Below, one piece after another: positions 54,008-64,000 of a stretch of DNA of 64,000 nucleotides. Below the pieces are notes generated by a model. The model worked only from the letters and a program-made list of their open reading frames with translations, searched no databases and was not told where the DNA came from. Where the stretch lies: positions 640,001 through 704,000 of the forward strand of contig CAWFFN010000005.1 of assembly GCA_963815115.1 (NCBI GenBank), given 5' to 3'. The stretch comes from an uncultured delta proteobacterium (lineage in GTDB: Bacteria > Desulfobacterota > Binatia > DP-6). Position 1 is the first letter of the stretch. Each line of letters opens with the position of its first letter. Both the position numbers and the translations under genes were made by a program.

Positions 54008-54511
54008 TCACCAGCCGTGCGTGCCCGGAGCGCCCTTGAACGGCCCGGCCACGTCGGACGTGATCCACCCGCCGTAGAAATTGCCGTCCTGCGCCTCGAC
54101 GGGCTCGCCGTCGACGTAGCAGGCATCCACGCGCCCCGGGTAGATGGCGATGCAGTCCGCGAGCAGGGCGTAGCGTGCCGCGGGGCTGGGATAGGACCAC
54201 GCCGCCAGGCGAGCCACTCGCCCGCCGACCGCCAGATCGAAGTACCGCGCGACTCCCTTGAACTCACAGAAGCTCTCGTCGCTGGTCGGCAGGTAGCAGG
54301 CGCGACGGCAGTCCTCGGGCGGGACGTAGTAGACCGGCGGGTGACTCGTTTCCAGCACGCGAAGAGCGCGCGTGCTGTCCGCGATCACCTCGCCGGCGAA
54401 GACCACGACGACGTGCCGTCGCGAGGGCTCGACCCGGGGCGGCCTCGGATACGCCCACGCCGATTCTTGCCCCGGTTTCGGCGTGATGGGCTCGATCGAG
54501 CGCGGCGTCAT
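54008..54511 (-). CDS. DUF427 family protein
   Basis: ESAWAYPRPP, VLETSHPPVYY, SFCEFKG and FYGGWIT...GPFKG motifs. Confidence 0.88.
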   Translation of the reverse strand: MTPRSIEPITPKPGQESAWAYPRPPRVEPSRRHVVVVFAGEVIADSTRALRVLETSHPPVYYVPPEDCRRACYLPTSDESFCEFKGVARYFDLAVGGRVARLAAWSYPSPAARYALLADCIAIYPGRVDACYVDGEPVEAQDGNFYGGWITSDVAGPFKGAPGTHGW

Positions 54512-55116
54512 ACCTGCGCGCTCGGGCGCTGCTTGAACTCCTGGTACCAGCGATGGACGTTGCCGAGCGCAGGGTCGATCTCGATCCCCGCGAAGTTGGC
54601 GAAATCGAGCGCGGCGAGCAGCGTGCAGTCGGCGATGGTCGGCTTCTCCCCGGCGACGAACTTCTGCTTCGCGAGGCGGCCGTCGATCACCTTGAGGGCG
54701 CTCTGCAAGCGCGGACGCGCGTTGTCCGCCGCGTCCGCCGATTGCTTGACGCGCTGGGCGAAGAACGGGTGGGTGTTCTGGAAGATCGTGCCGACGCTGC
54801 CGAGCACCCCCAGATCGCAGATGCGCTCCGCTTCGCGCACGCGCGCCCGCTCCAGGGGCGTGCTGCCGAGCATCGACGGCTGGGGATGGAGCTCTTCGAG
54901 ATACTCGATGATCGCCAGCGACTCGGTCAGATGGCTGCCGTCGTCCAGCTCGAGCACCGGCAAGCCGCCCAGCGGGTTCTTCTTCAAGAACTCCGGGGAG
55001 CGGTTCTGCCCGCTCAGGATGTCGACCGATTCGCTCGGGACGTCGATTCCTTTTTCCTTGATGTAGACGTTGACCTTGCGCGGATTCGGCGCACCCGCGA
55101 ACTCGTATAGCTTCAT
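54508..55116 (-). CDS. Glutathione S-transferase family protein
   Basis: APNPRKV, NPLGGLPVLELDDG, ESLAIIEYLEE and TIAD motifs. Confidence 0.95.
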   Translation of the reverse strand: MKLYEFAGAPNPRKVNVYIKEKGIDVPSESVDILSGQNRSPEFLKKNPLGGLPVLELDDGSHLTESLAIIEYLEELHPQPSMLGSTPLERARVREAERICDLGVLGSVGTIFQNTHPFFAQRVKQSADAADNARPRLQSALKVIDGRLAKQKFVAGEKPTIADCTLLAALDFANFAGIEIDPALGNVHRWYQEFKQRPSAQV

Positions 55117-55196
55117 CGCTGGTTCCCCCTCTTCGCTGCCCTGAGTTCACTCCGCCCTACACCGCGTGCCAGCCGAGGCAAGCAGCGGCCCGCTGC

Positions 55197-55589
55197 TCAG
55201 CGGAACAGCTGGAACAGGATCATCAGCTCCCCGACGGTCGCGACGAAGAACACCGCCGTGCGCAGGTAGACGATCCCGGCGAGGTAGACGAGCGCGTGCA
55301 GCACGCGCCCCCAGAAGAAGATCGTCGCGCCGAGGGCCGTGGTGGCGTTCGCCTTGCCCGCCACCTGCGCCACGAGGACGAGGATGGCGAACGGTGCCAG
55401 GTTCTCGACCAGGTTGCGGTGCGCGCGCTCCGCCCGCCCCGCCCATGCCGGGAAGGTGAAGTCGCGCTCCCGGTTGCCGAGCCCCCAGGCGACGCCCCCG
55501 GGTGTCGTGCCCCGGGCGAGGAGATACGGCATCGGCAGCAGGAGGCACAGCACCGCACTCCATACCAGCATCCACAGGTCGGTCGTCAT
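55197..55589 (-). CDS. MAPEG family membrane protein
   Basis: RAERAHRNLVENL and GRVLHALVY motifs. Confidence 0.9.
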   Translation of the reverse strand: MTTDLWMLVWSAVLCLLLPMPYLLARGTTPGGVAWGLGNRERDFTFPAWAGRAERAHRNLVENLAPFAILVLVAQVAGKANATTALGATIFFWGRVLHALVYLAGIVYLRTAVFFVATVGELMILFQLFR

Positions 55590-55683
55590 GGACGCCGCCT
55601 AGCACGCGTCCGCCATCGACGCACCCCGGGCCGGCACACCGGGGTGTCGCGTGCCAGCGTCCGCTCCGGTAGGCATCGGGACG

Positions 55684-57195
55684 ATGGAGCAGATGCTGCG
55701 GCGATCGTTCAACGCGCGGGTGGCCGAGGTGCTGCCGGCGCCGACACCGCTGGATCGGGCGGTGACGTTGAGCCAGCGGCTGGGGCGCGCCGTCTGGCTC
55801 AAGCGCGAGGACCTGACGCCCGTGTTCTCCTTCAAGCTGCGCGGGGCCTACAACGCCATCGCCGCGCTCGACGAGGCACGGCGGCGCTCGGGTGTCATCG
55901 CGGCCTCCGCCGGCAACCACGCGCAGGGCGTCGCGCTGGCGGCGCAGCGGCTCGGGCTCGCCTGCTGCATCGTCATGCCGCGCACCACGCCGTCCATCAA
56001 GGTCGAGGCGGTGCGCCGCCTGGGTGCCCGGGTCGAGCTCGTCGGCGACGACTACTCGGATGCCGCGGCGCGCTGCGCCGTGCTGGCCGGGGAGACCGGG
56101 ATGACGCCGATTCCACCCTACGATCACCTCGACGTGATCGCGGGGCAGGGCACCATCGGCCTCGAGATCCTGAGCCAGGCGCCGCGTGATCTCGGCTCGA
56201 TCTTCCTGCCGATCGGCGGCGGCGGCCTGGCCGCGGGGGTGGCGGCGGTGGTGAAGGAGCTGCGTCCCGCCGTGCGGGTGATCGGCGTGCAGCCCGACGA
56301 CGCCGACGCCATGGCGCAGTCGCTGCGCCTGGGCCGTCGCGTGCGGCGCGAGCACGTCGGCCTCTTCGCTGACGGCGTGGCGACGAGGGAGCCCGGCGAG
56401 CTCACCTTCGCGCTCTGCCAGCGCTATCTCGACGGCTGCCTCACCGTCGGCGTGGACGAGATCTGCGCCGCCATCAGGGACGCGTTCGAGGACACCCGCT
56501 CCGTGCTCGAGCCCGCCGGCGCGCTGGCGCTCGCCGGGCTCAAGCGCGCGCTGCGCGACGGCGAGCTCGCCGAGGGGTCCGCGGTGGCGGTGGCGTCGGG
56601 AGCCAACATGAACTTCGCGCGCCTCGGCCACGTCGCCGAGCGGGCCCAGGTGGGCGAGCACCGCGAGGCCATCTTCGCGGTGACCATCCCCGAACGCCCG
56701 GGCACCTTCCTCGAGTTCTGTCGCGTGATCGGCGAGCGCAGCATCACCGAGTTCAACTACCGGCTCGCCTCGCGCAGCGCGGCGCACGTCTTCGTCGGGG
56801 TCGAGGTGTCGGGGCTGGCCGAGGCGCGGGCGCTCGCCGGCGACCTGGCCGCGCGCGGCTATCCGTGCGTCGACCTGAGCGAGGACGATCTGGCGAAGAC
56901 CCACGTGCGGCACATGGTCGGCGGGCGGACGCCCGAGGTGCGCGACGAGGTGCGCGTGGCGGTCGAGTTCCCCGAGCGGCCGGGAGCCCTGGTCCAGTTC
57001 CTCACCCACCTCGGCTCGCGCTGGAACATCTCGCTCTTCCACTACCGCAATCACGGTGCCGCGTTCGGCCGCGTGCTGTGCGGCCTCGAGGTGCCGCCGG
57101 AGGAACGGGCCGAGCTCCGCGGCCGGCTCGATGCGATCGGCTTCGAGTGGGTCGACGAGACCGCGAATCGCGCCGGCCGCTTCTTCCTGGGTTGA
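55684..57195 (+). CDS. ilvA: Threonine ammonia-lyase, biosynthetic
   Basis: KREDL.PVFSFKLRGAYN, ASAGNHAQGVA, two ACT-like regulatory domains and WNISLFHYRNHG. Confidence 0.96.
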   Translation: MEQMLRRSFNARVAEVLPAPTPLDRAVTLSQRLGRAVWLKREDLTPVFSFKLRGAYNAIAALDEARRRSGVIAASAGNHAQGVALAAQRLGLACCIVMPRTTPSIKVEAVRRLGARVELVGDDYSDAAARCAVLAGETGMTPIPPYDHLDVIAGQGTIGLEILSQAPRDLGSIFLPIGGGGLAAGVAAVVKELRPAVRVIGVQPDDADAMAQSLRLGRRVRREHVGLFADGVATREPGELTFALCQRYLDGCLTVGVDEICAAIRDAFEDTRSVLEPAGALALAGLKRALRDGELAEGSAVAVASGANMNFARLGHVAERAQVGEHREAIFAVTIPERPGTFLEFCRVIGERSITEFNYRLASRSAAHVFVGVEVSGLAEARALAGDLAARGYPCVDLSEDDLAKTHVRHMVGGRTPEVRDEVRVAVEFPERPGALVQFLTHLGSRWNISLFHYRNHGAAFGRVLCGLEVPPEERAELRGRLDAIGFEWVDETANRAGRFFLG

Positions 57196-57206
57196 GGTGC
57201 GGCCGG

Positions 57207-57944
57207 TCAGGCGCGCGAGCGCACGGTGGCGAGGCCGCCGTCGATGCCCAGCACCTGGCCGGTCACCCACGCCTGCGCGGGATCGAGCAGCCACGCGATC
57301 GCCGAGGCCACCTCGTCGGGCTCACCGATGCGGCCGAGGGGGTGCAGGGCCGCGGACGCCTGGAGGGTCGCCGCGTTGCTGGTGAGGACCTCGGTGAGCG
57401 GCGTGCGCACCAGCCCCGGCGCGACGGCGTTCACCCGGATGCGACGTCCCGCATAGGAGGCCGCCGCCGACAGCATCAGCCCGATCACGCCCGCCTTGGC
57501 GGCTGCGATCGCCTCGTGATTCGCGATGCCGAGGCGGGCCGCCGCCGACGACACCAGCACGACGGATCCGCCCGTCCGCGTCATCGCCCGGACGGCGGCG
57601 CGCACGGTCAGGAAGGCCGACGTCAGGTTGGTCGTCAGCGCACCCGTCCACTCGTCGTCGGTCGTGAGGTGCGCCGGCTTGAGCAGGATCGAGCCGACGC
57701 AGTTGGCCACGCCGTCGATCCGTCCGTGTTGCGAGAGCGCCTCGGCGAAGCAGCGCTCGACGTGCGTCGCGCAGGTGGCGTCGATCGGCAGCGCGTGGAC
57801 GCCGAGCTCGGTGCCGAGCGCGCGGACGCGCTGGCAGTCGCGTGCCGCGATCGTCAGGCGCGCCCCGGTCGCGAGGAGGCGCCGGCAGAGCGCGGAACCG
57901 ATGCCCCCGGTTGCCCCGAGGACCACGTAAACCGGCTCGGCCAT
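57207..57944 (-). CDS. SDR family oxidoreductase
   Basis: GATGGIG, HEAIAAAK, RVNAVAPG and WVTGQVLGIDGG motifs. Confidence 0.92.
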   Translation of the reverse strand: MAEPVYVVLGATGGIGSALCRRLLATGARLTIAARDCQRVRALGTELGVHALPIDATCATHVERCFAEALSQHGRIDGVANCVGSILLKPAHLTTDDEWTGALTTNLTSAFLTVRAAVRAMTRTGGSVVLVSSAAARLGIANHEAIAAAKAGVIGLMLSAAASYAGRRIRVNAVAPGLVRTPLTEVLTSNAATLQASAALHPLGRIGEPDEVASAIAWLLDPAQAWVTGQVLGIDGGLATVRSRA

Positions 57945-58008
57945 CCCGCGACCCTGCCACGCCGGAAAAGCTGATCCCAACGGCTCCCGGACGACGGGGC
58001 GCGCCGGC

Positions 58009-59061
58009 TCAATCCGTCTTCGGCGGCGGCATGGGCGCGTAGTACGGCTTGCCGGCTTCCATCCACTCCTCGAAGATTGGCGCGAAGTCCGCACCCATGG
58101 GGTCGAGTCCACGGATCGGCATCGAGCCGCGGCGGATGGTGAAGTCGTGCGGCGCCAGCTCGCCGGCCCGGACGAAGTGACGCTCGGCCGCCTCCCGCCG
58201 CCCCGTCCGGTGGAGGTACCACGCCAGCGTGAACTCGGCGCGCGCGAGCTGCTCCTCGGCCGTCGGCAGCACCTGGTGGGCGCGCACGTCGGCGTCGTCC
58301 GCGAATGGCAGGGTCCCGTCGCGCACCCACGCCCGCAGCGCGTCGAGGTGCGGCCCGGCGGGCCGGCCGTGCAGGTCCACGAAGCGGTCGTCGCCGAAGA
58401 CCGCGTCGTTCGGCCGGACGATGCGGCCGCGCTCGTCGATCCACACCGCCGTGGGCACGTTGATGATGCGGTAGAGGTCGGCGACGCGGTGCTCGGAGTC
58501 GACGAGCGCGGAGTGGGTCGCTCCGGCGGCTTCGATCCACGGTCTGGCATCGTCCGCCGACCGGTCGAGCGCCACCGTCACCACGGCGAGTCCCGCGGGC
58601 GCCAGTTCCTCGTGCAATGCCTGCCAGACCGGCAGGTCGTAGCGGCATCCTCACCAGGAGGCCCAGGCGAGGAGCAGGACCTTGCGGCCGCGCTGGTCGG
58701 AGAGGCGGTGCGCGCGTCCCTCGAGATCGGGAAGCGTGAACCCGGGCGCGTCCAGCGAGCGGAGATGGTGCCCGCGCGCCGCGGCCGATGCTCCGAGGCA
58801 GGCGACGCGCTCGTCGACGTCGAGGGCCAGCGGCCTCTCGAGCAGCGACGCCAGCGCCACAAGGTCGATGCCGTCGGCGTGCACGAGGCCGTGCTCGGGT
58901 CGCACCGGCACGCAGGTGTCGCCGCGGCAGAGCCCGGCCGGCTCGAGCTTCCAGCCGACGGCCGTTCGGACGGCATCCGGCGCGAGCCGCACGCTCCCCG
59001 ATCCGAACGTCGCCGGCACCTCGCTCGGAGAGTCCTCGTCGAGCAGGGTCAGATTCGACAT
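58009..59061 (-). CDS. ResA/TlpA-like thioredoxin-fold selenoprotein (WASW-U-GC), with in-frame TGA at 58651-58653
   Basis: Two ORF halves in the same frame are joined by one TGA: ...APGFTLPDLEG...KVLLLAWASW*GCRYDLPVWQALHEEL... A hairpin follows 14 nt downstream. Confidence 0.88.
58620..58636 (-). promoter_or_regulatory. Candidate bacterial SECIS hairpin
   Basis: CCTGCC-GGTCT-GGCAGG, beginning 14 nt 3' of the UGA, with G/GU in the apical loop. Confidence 0.65.
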
Positions 59062-59140
59062 TGGCGCCACGGGTCGCTGGCTACAGTAGGACCGGCGGCA
59101 GCATGAAGGCAAACCGCCTGGGGTTCTGCTACCATCAATC

Positions 59141-61594
59141 GTGATGTGGCGGTGGAGGCGGGCGGGGATCGTCGCCCTGCTCCTCGTGGCGGCACGGGTG
59201 GCGGTGGGGCAGGCCCAGCCGGTGGCGGCGCCGACGGGCGTCACGGGGCCGACCGCACCCGCCGCGGAGGCCGCCCCGAAGCCCTTCGCCGTGCCTGAGA
59301 TCGCGGCGCAGGCGCAGACCACCGTCGCCCGCATGCGCTCGTTCGAGGAGGGGTCGCATCCCGTCGGTACGGTGGCGTCGATCGAGAGCCAGCTGCCCGA
59401 CCTCGAGCGGCGAGTCTCGCTGGGGGTCGAGGAGACCGAGCAGGTGCTGAAGGCGAGGCCGTCGCTGGCGTCGCTCGACGCGCTCATCGAGCCCTGGGCG
59501 GACGTGCGCGAGCAGGCCAGGGCATGGGTCGCGGCACTGACGGAGCGTGCCGAGGAGCTGGAGGCGGACCTCGCCAAGCTGGACGCGCTGCGCGCGAGGT
59601 GGCTGGCGACGCAGGCCGCGGCGCCGGCGGCGACAGTTCCCGAGGCGACGATCGGCCGGATCGAGTCCACCCTGGCGGTCATCGGCTCCGTGCGCGGCGG
59701 CGTGGCCGATCGCCGCAGCCACGTCCTGGTACTGCAGGATCGCGCCGCCCAGCAGCTCGCGCGCTCCGACGAGATGCTCGGACGTGTCGACATGTCACGC
59801 CGCGCGCTCCTGGGTCAGCTGTTCGTGCAGGACGGACTCCCGTTCTGGGATTTCCTCGGCGTGCCCGCCTGGGAGCGGGTGAAGCGCCAGGCGAACCGTT
59901 CGATGGTCTCCGAGGTCCCGGTGGTGGCGCTCTTCACTCGGCAGCACACGACGTCTCTCATCGTCGAGGGCGTGCTCTTCGTCGTGCTGGGTGTGATCTT
60001 CTCGTACATGCGGCGGCGCGCGCGTCGCTGGACGGCGCTCGACGAGACGCTGGTCCCGCGCTTCCGGGCGCTCGACTTCCCGTGGGCGAGCGCCGCGCTC
60101 CTCTCGCTCCTGATCAGCGCACTCACGCCGCCACTCGAGCCGCGTGCGATCACCGCCGCAGTGGCGCTCGTCGCCGTGCTGCCCATCATCCGGCTGGTCG
60201 CCGCCCTCAGCCCGCCGGCGCTCGTCCCCGTGGTGTGGCTGGTCGGCATCTTCCGCGTGGTCGACCTGGTGCGCGCGCTGCTCACCGCGGTGCCAGTGCT
60301 GGAGCAGGCGCTATTCCTCCTCCAGCTCTTGGGAATCCTCGTCGCCGTCGCCTGGGTGCGCCGGCGCCTCGCCGGCGTCGCCGTGGGCGAGGGAATCCAC
60401 CGACGTCGCCTGCGTCGGCTCGGCCGCGTCATCCAGGTCCTGGCTGCCGTCGCCCTGGTCGCCGGAGCGCTCGGCTACCTGCGCCTCGCCCGCCTGCTGG
60501 GGTTCTTCGCGGTCGGCATGCCCATGTGGGCGATCGTGCTCTGGGCCGTGGTCCGGCTGAGCGACGCCCTGGTCGGCTGGGCCCTGCGCGCGCGGCCGCT
60601 GCGCCTGCTGCGCGCGGTGCAGGAGCATCGCCTGCCACTCGAGCGCCGGGTGATCGCGGTCACCCGGTTCGGCGCGGTGCTCTTCGGGGTGATGAGTGTG
60701 GCGGGGGCGCTCGCCATCCTCGAGCCCGTGCGGCAGCGCCTCACCCAGATACTGGAGGCGCGCATGACCCACGGCGCGCTCAACGTGTCCCTCGGCGACC
60801 TGCTCGTCTTCGCGCTCGTCGTCTGGTTCACCTTCATCCTCTCGTCCGCCGTGCGCGTCTTGCTCGAGGAGGACATCTTCTCTCGCGTGCACCTGCCGCG
60901 CGGCGTCCCGGGCGCGCTCTCGAGCGTCGTGCACTACCTCATCCTCCTGATCGGGTTCTTCCTGGGCCTGGCCGCGCTCGGCCTCGACTTCACCCGCATC
61001 ACCATCATCGCCGGCGCGCTCGGCGTCGGGGTCGGCTTCGGGCTGCAGAACATCGTCAACAACTTCGTCTCGGGCCTGATCCTGCTCTTCGAGCGCCCGA
61101 TCCAGATCGGCGATGCGGTCCAGCTCGGCACGCTCACGGGCGAGGTGAAGCGGATCGGCATCCGCTCCAGTACGTTGCGAACCTGGGACGGTGCGGAGGT
61201 CATCGTGCCGAACGCCAGCCTGGTGTCCGACCAGGTGACCAACTGGACGCTGTCGGACCGTATGCGCCGGTTCGATCTCGAGGTCGGCGTCGCCTACGGC
61301 ACCGATCCGCAGCGCGTCGTCGCGCTGCTGGCGGAGGTGGCGCGCGGCACGCCAGGGGTGCTGCACGAACCTCCGCCGGTCGCCCTTTTCCTGGGGTTCG
61401 GAGACAGCGCGCTCAACTTCCAGCTGCGCGCGTGGACGGCGCACTTCGAGGAATGGATGAAGACGCGCAGCGACCTCGGCCTCGCGGTGCACGACGCGCT
61501 CGAGAAAGCCGGCATCACGGTCCCGTTCCCGCAGCGCGAGGTACACGTCATCGGCGAGCCAGACGGGTTGCGAGAGCAGCCTGCGCGTGGATGA
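59141..61594 (+). CDS. Large MscS-family (MscK-like) mechanosensitive channel
   Basis: Periplasmic coiled coil, many TM segments, GALGVGVGFGLQNIVNNFVSG and IVPNASL motifs. Confidence 0.93.
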   Translation: MMWRWRRAGIVALLLVAARVAVGQAQPVAAPTGVTGPTAPAAEAAPKPFAVPEIAAQAQTTVARMRSFEEGSHPVGTVASIESQLPDLERRVSLGVEETEQVLKARPSLASLDALIEPWADVREQARAWVAALTERAEELEADLAKLDALRARWLATQAAAPAATVPEATIGRIESTLAVIGSVRGGVADRRSHVLVLQDRAAQQLARSDEMLGRVDMSRRALLGQLFVQDGLPFWDFLGVPAWERVKRQANRSMVSEVPVVALFTRQHTTSLIVEGVLFVVLGVIFSYMRRRARRWTALDETLVPRFRALDFPWASAALLSLLISALTPPLEPRAITAAVALVAVLPIIRLVAALSPPALVPVVWLVGIFRVVDLVRALLTAVPVLEQALFLLQLLGILVAVAWVRRRLAGVAVGEGIHRRRLRRLGRVIQVLAAVALVAGALGYLRLARLLGFFAVGMPMWAIVLWAVVRLSDALVGWALRARPLRLLRAVQEHRLPLERRVIAVTRFGAVLFGVMSVAGALAILEPVRQRLTQILEARMTHGALNVSLGDLLVFALVVWFTFILSSAVRVLLEEDIFSRVHLPRGVPGALSSVVHYLILLIGFFLGLAALGLDFTRITIIAGALGVGVGFGLQNIVNNFVSGLILLFERPIQIGDAVQLGTLTGEVKRIGIRSSTLRTWDGAEVIVPNASLVSDQVTNWTLSDRMRRFDLEVGVAYGTDPQRVVALLAEVARGTPGVLHEPPPVALFLGFGDSALNFQLRAWTAHFEEWMKTRSDLGLAVHDALEKAGITVPFPQREVHVIGEPDGLREQPARG

Positions 61595-61909
61595 TTGAAT
61601 GCGATGGCGCCGATCGCCTGGGACCGCATCACCTTCACGGCGCACATGGTCGAGGCGGCCGCGCTGGTCGCCGAGTGTCACGTGGCGTTCGATTTCGAGG
61701 GCCACGAGCAGACGACCTACGAGGTGAAGGTCTTTCGCGCCCTGAAGGGCGCGTCCGGCCAGCCGTTCTTCGCCGTGGCGACCAATCGCGACGATCCCGC
61801 CGCGTTCCGGCCGACGGGGGAGGGTGAGAGCGCCGAAGCGGCGCTGGAGGCGTGCCTGCAGGATGCGGGTATTCACCACCGCCGCCGGGTGCGCCAGACC
61901 ACCGGCTGA
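61595..61909 (+). CDS. Hypothetical protein (~100 aa)
   Basis: GC3-biased ORF filling the gap between mscS and sucA. Start uncertain. Confidence 0.65.
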   Translation: MNAMAPIAWDRITFTAHMVEAAALVAECHVAFDFEGHEQTTYEVKVFRALKGASGQPFFAVATNRDDPAAFRPTGEGESAEAALEACLQDAGIHHRRRVRQTTG

Positions 61910-61972
61910 ACCCCGGGCGCGTCACGATGGGTGGCGATCGGATCGCCTGCCCGCTAAAAGGGAAGTCCCACC

Positions 61973-64000
61973 ATGGATGGTATCGAAGGGCTCGCGCTCG
62001 CCAACAAGGACTACGTCGCGGAGCAGTATCGCCGCTGGCAGGCGGATCCGCATTCCGTCGACGAGAGCTGGGCGCTTTTCTTTGCCGGCTTCGAGCTGGG
62101 CGGGCAGGGAGGCAATGGCGCCGCGCCCGCGGCGATCGCGGCGACCGAGCCGCAGGCCCCGCCTGCGGCCGCCGGCAAGGACGGCGCGCTCGAGGGCGTC
62201 TACGACCTGGTCCACTCGTATCGCGAGGTCGGCCACCTGGTCGCGCACCTGAACCCGCTCGCCCCGAAGCCGGAGAGCCATCCGCTTCTCGAAGCGTCGG
62301 ACTTCGGCTTCGCCGAGGAGGATCTCGACCGGGTGGTCGATCCGGGCAGCTTCCGCGGCTGCGGCCGGGTGCCGCTGCGCGAGCTGATGGCCTGTCTGCA
62401 GGCGACCTACTGCCGCACCATCGGCGTCGAGTATCTCCACATCCACGATCGGCGGCAGCGTGTGTGGCTCCAGGAGCAGATGGAGCCGACCCTCAACCAG
62501 GCCGTGCTCACGGACGCGGATCGGCTGCGGCTCCTCGATCAGCTCGTCGCCGCCGAAGGCTTCGAGCAGTTCCTCCAGGTGCGCTATCCCACGGCGAAGC
62601 GCTTCTCGCTCGAAGGCAGCGACTCGCTGGTCCCGATCCTGGACGCACTCGTCGAGGCCGGCGGCGATCTCGGCGTCGAGGAGTTCGTGCTCGGGATGCC
62701 GCATCGCGGGCGGCTGAACGTGCTCGTCAACTTCCTCGGCAAGCCGTACGAGATGGTGCTCGGCGAGTTCGAGGGCAGCCTGCTGGCGCGCGAGGCCACC
62801 GGCGACGGCGACGTGAAGTACCATCTCGGGTACTCGCGCGATCACACCACGCGATCCGGCCGGAAGATCCATCTCTCGCTGAGCTCGAACCCGAGCCATC
62901 TCGAAGCCGTCAACCCGGTGATCGAGGGCATGGTGCGGGCCAAGCAGAGCCACCTCGGCGACAGCGAACGCGGGCGTGTCGTCCCCGTGGCGATGCACGG
63001 CGACGCCGCCTTCACGGGGCAGGGTGTCGTCGCGGAGACGCTGTGGCTCTCGGAGCTCGAGGCCTACCGGACGGGCGGGACCATCCACATCATCGTCAAC
63101 AACCAGATCGGCTTCACCACGCCACCCGAGGACTACCGCTTCACGCCCTACCCGAGCGACGTGGCGAAGATCATCCAGGCTCCGGTCTTCCACGTGAACG
63201 GCGACGACCCCGAGGCCGCCGTGCAGGCGGCGCGGCTCGCGATCGCGTTCCGCCAGCAGTTCAAGAAGGACGTGTTCATCGACCTCGTGTCCTACCGCCG
63301 CCACGGGCACAACGAGCTCGACGACCCCACGTTCACCCAGCCGGTCATGTACCAGACGATCGCCGCGCACCCCACGCCCCTGGCGCTCTACCGCGGGCGC
63401 CTCGTCGGAGCGGGTGTGGCCACCGACGCGGAGGTCGACCGGCGGATCGCCGAGTTCCGCGAGCTGCTGGGCGATGCGCAAAGCTACGCCCGCGACTTCA
63501 TGCCGCGCCAGCCGATCTTCGTCTTCGGCGGCCTGTGGAAGGGGCTCGGCTGGGCGGGCGACGACTGGAGCGCCGACACGGCCGTCCCCGAGGAGACGCT
63601 GCGCGAGATCGCCGCCACCTTCACCCGCGTCCCCGAGGACTTCCATCCCCATCCGAAGGTCATGCGCATCATGGAGGCGCGGGCCGCGATGGTCGAGGAG
63701 GGCGGTCGGATCGACTGGGGATGCGGCGAGGCGCTCGCGTTCGGCTCGCTCGTGCTCGAGGGCATCGAGGTGAGGGTGAGCGGTCAGGACACGCGACGCG
63801 GCACCTTCAGCCACCGCCACGCGGTGCTGCACGACGTCGAGAACGACGCGCAGTACGTTCCGCTCGCCCACATCCGGTCGGGCCAGGCGCCCTTCGTCAT
63901 CATCGACAGCATGCTTTCCGAGAACGCCTGCCTGGGATTCGAGTTCGGCTTCAGCACGGCCGATCCCAGCAAGCTGGTGGTGTGGGAGGCGCAGTTCGGC
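61973..64000 (+). CDS. sucA: 2-oxoglutarate dehydrogenase E1 component, 5' part (runs off the window)
   Basis: Manual translation: MDGIEGLALANKDYV...DPHSVDESW, KRFSLEG, GMPHRGRLN, GDVKYHLG, HGDAAFTGQG and SGQDTRRGTFSHRH. Confidence 0.96.
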   Translation, partial: MDGIEGLALANKDYVAEQYRRWQADPHSVDESWALFFAGFELGGQGGNGAAPAAIAATEPQAPPAAAGKDGALEGVYDLVHSYREVGHLVAHLNPLAPKPESHPLLEASDFGFAEEDLDRVVDPGSFRGCGRVPLRELMACLQATYCRTIGVEYLHIHDRRQRVWLQEQMEPTLNQAVLTDADRLRLLDQLVAAEGFEQFLQVRYPTAKRFSLEGSDSLVPILDALVEAGGDLGVEEFVLGMPHRGRLNVLVNFLGKPYEMVLGEFEGSLLAREATGDGDVKYHLGYSRDHTTRSGRKIHLSLSSNPSHLEAVNPVIEGMVRAKQSHLGDSERGRVVPVAMHGDAAFTGQGVVAETLWLSELEAYRTGGTIHIIVNNQIGFTTPPEDYRFTPYPSDVAKIIQAPVFHVNGDDPEAAVQAARLAIAFRQQFKKDVFIDLVSYRRHGHNELDDPTFTQPVMYQTIAAHPTPLALYRGRLVGAGVATDAEVDRRIAEFRELLGDAQSYARDFMPRQPIFVFGGLWKGLGWAGDDWSADTAVPEETLREIAATFTRVPEDFHPHPKVMRIMEARAAMVEEGGRIDWGCGEALAFGSLVLEGIEVRVSGQDTRRGTFSHRHAVLHDVENDAQYVPLAHIRSGQAPFVIIDSMLSENACLGFEFGFSTADPSKLVVWEAQFG

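Noticed and set aside
61922-63871. 649-aa minus-strand ORF and similar long antisense ORFs across the window
   Set aside because: These are antisense shadows of real genes (here sucA) caused by high GC3 and scarce stop codons.

Overview
Very GC-rich bacterial chromosome segment; the gene style suggests a Deltaproteobacteria/Candidatus Binatia-like organism (inference). Left to right it contains: the start of a Zn-alcohol dehydrogenase; a complete IS1182-family element sitting on the stop codon of an acyl-CoA dehydrogenase pair; a FIST protein; an ATP-dependent DNA ligase with a ~270-bp palindromic insert; and a compact candidate signalling locus (7.2-16.9 kb). That locus has an ECF sigma factor, a soluble double zinc-finger anti-sigma, a membrane-anchored CHAT (caspase-like) protease with periplasmic domains, an outer-membrane beta-barrel, a divergent ~1290-aa FG-GAP/Cys-rich secreted protein and a small unknown gene. 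Three of these genes are preceded by the same promoter-like motif GACACA-N16-CGTC. Next come korAB, a class II aldolase, a sensor-less sigma54 activator and a -24/-12 promoter heading a ~25-kb Wzx/Wzy polysaccharide cluster (two Cys-rich microproteins, wza, wzc, O-antigen-ligase-TPR, NusG paralogue plus JUMPstart-like hairpin, glucuronyl C5-epimerase, PglCDEF-like set). After it lie a 2.2-kb double toxin-antitoxin islet bracketed by a near-identical duplicated gene, an antitoxin whose toxin has been deleted, GST/MAPEG, ilvA, a UGA-recoded thioredoxin-like selenoprotein, an MscS channel and the 5' part of sucA. No rRNA, tRNA or CRISPR array was seen. All calls come from motif recognition by eye; no searches were run.
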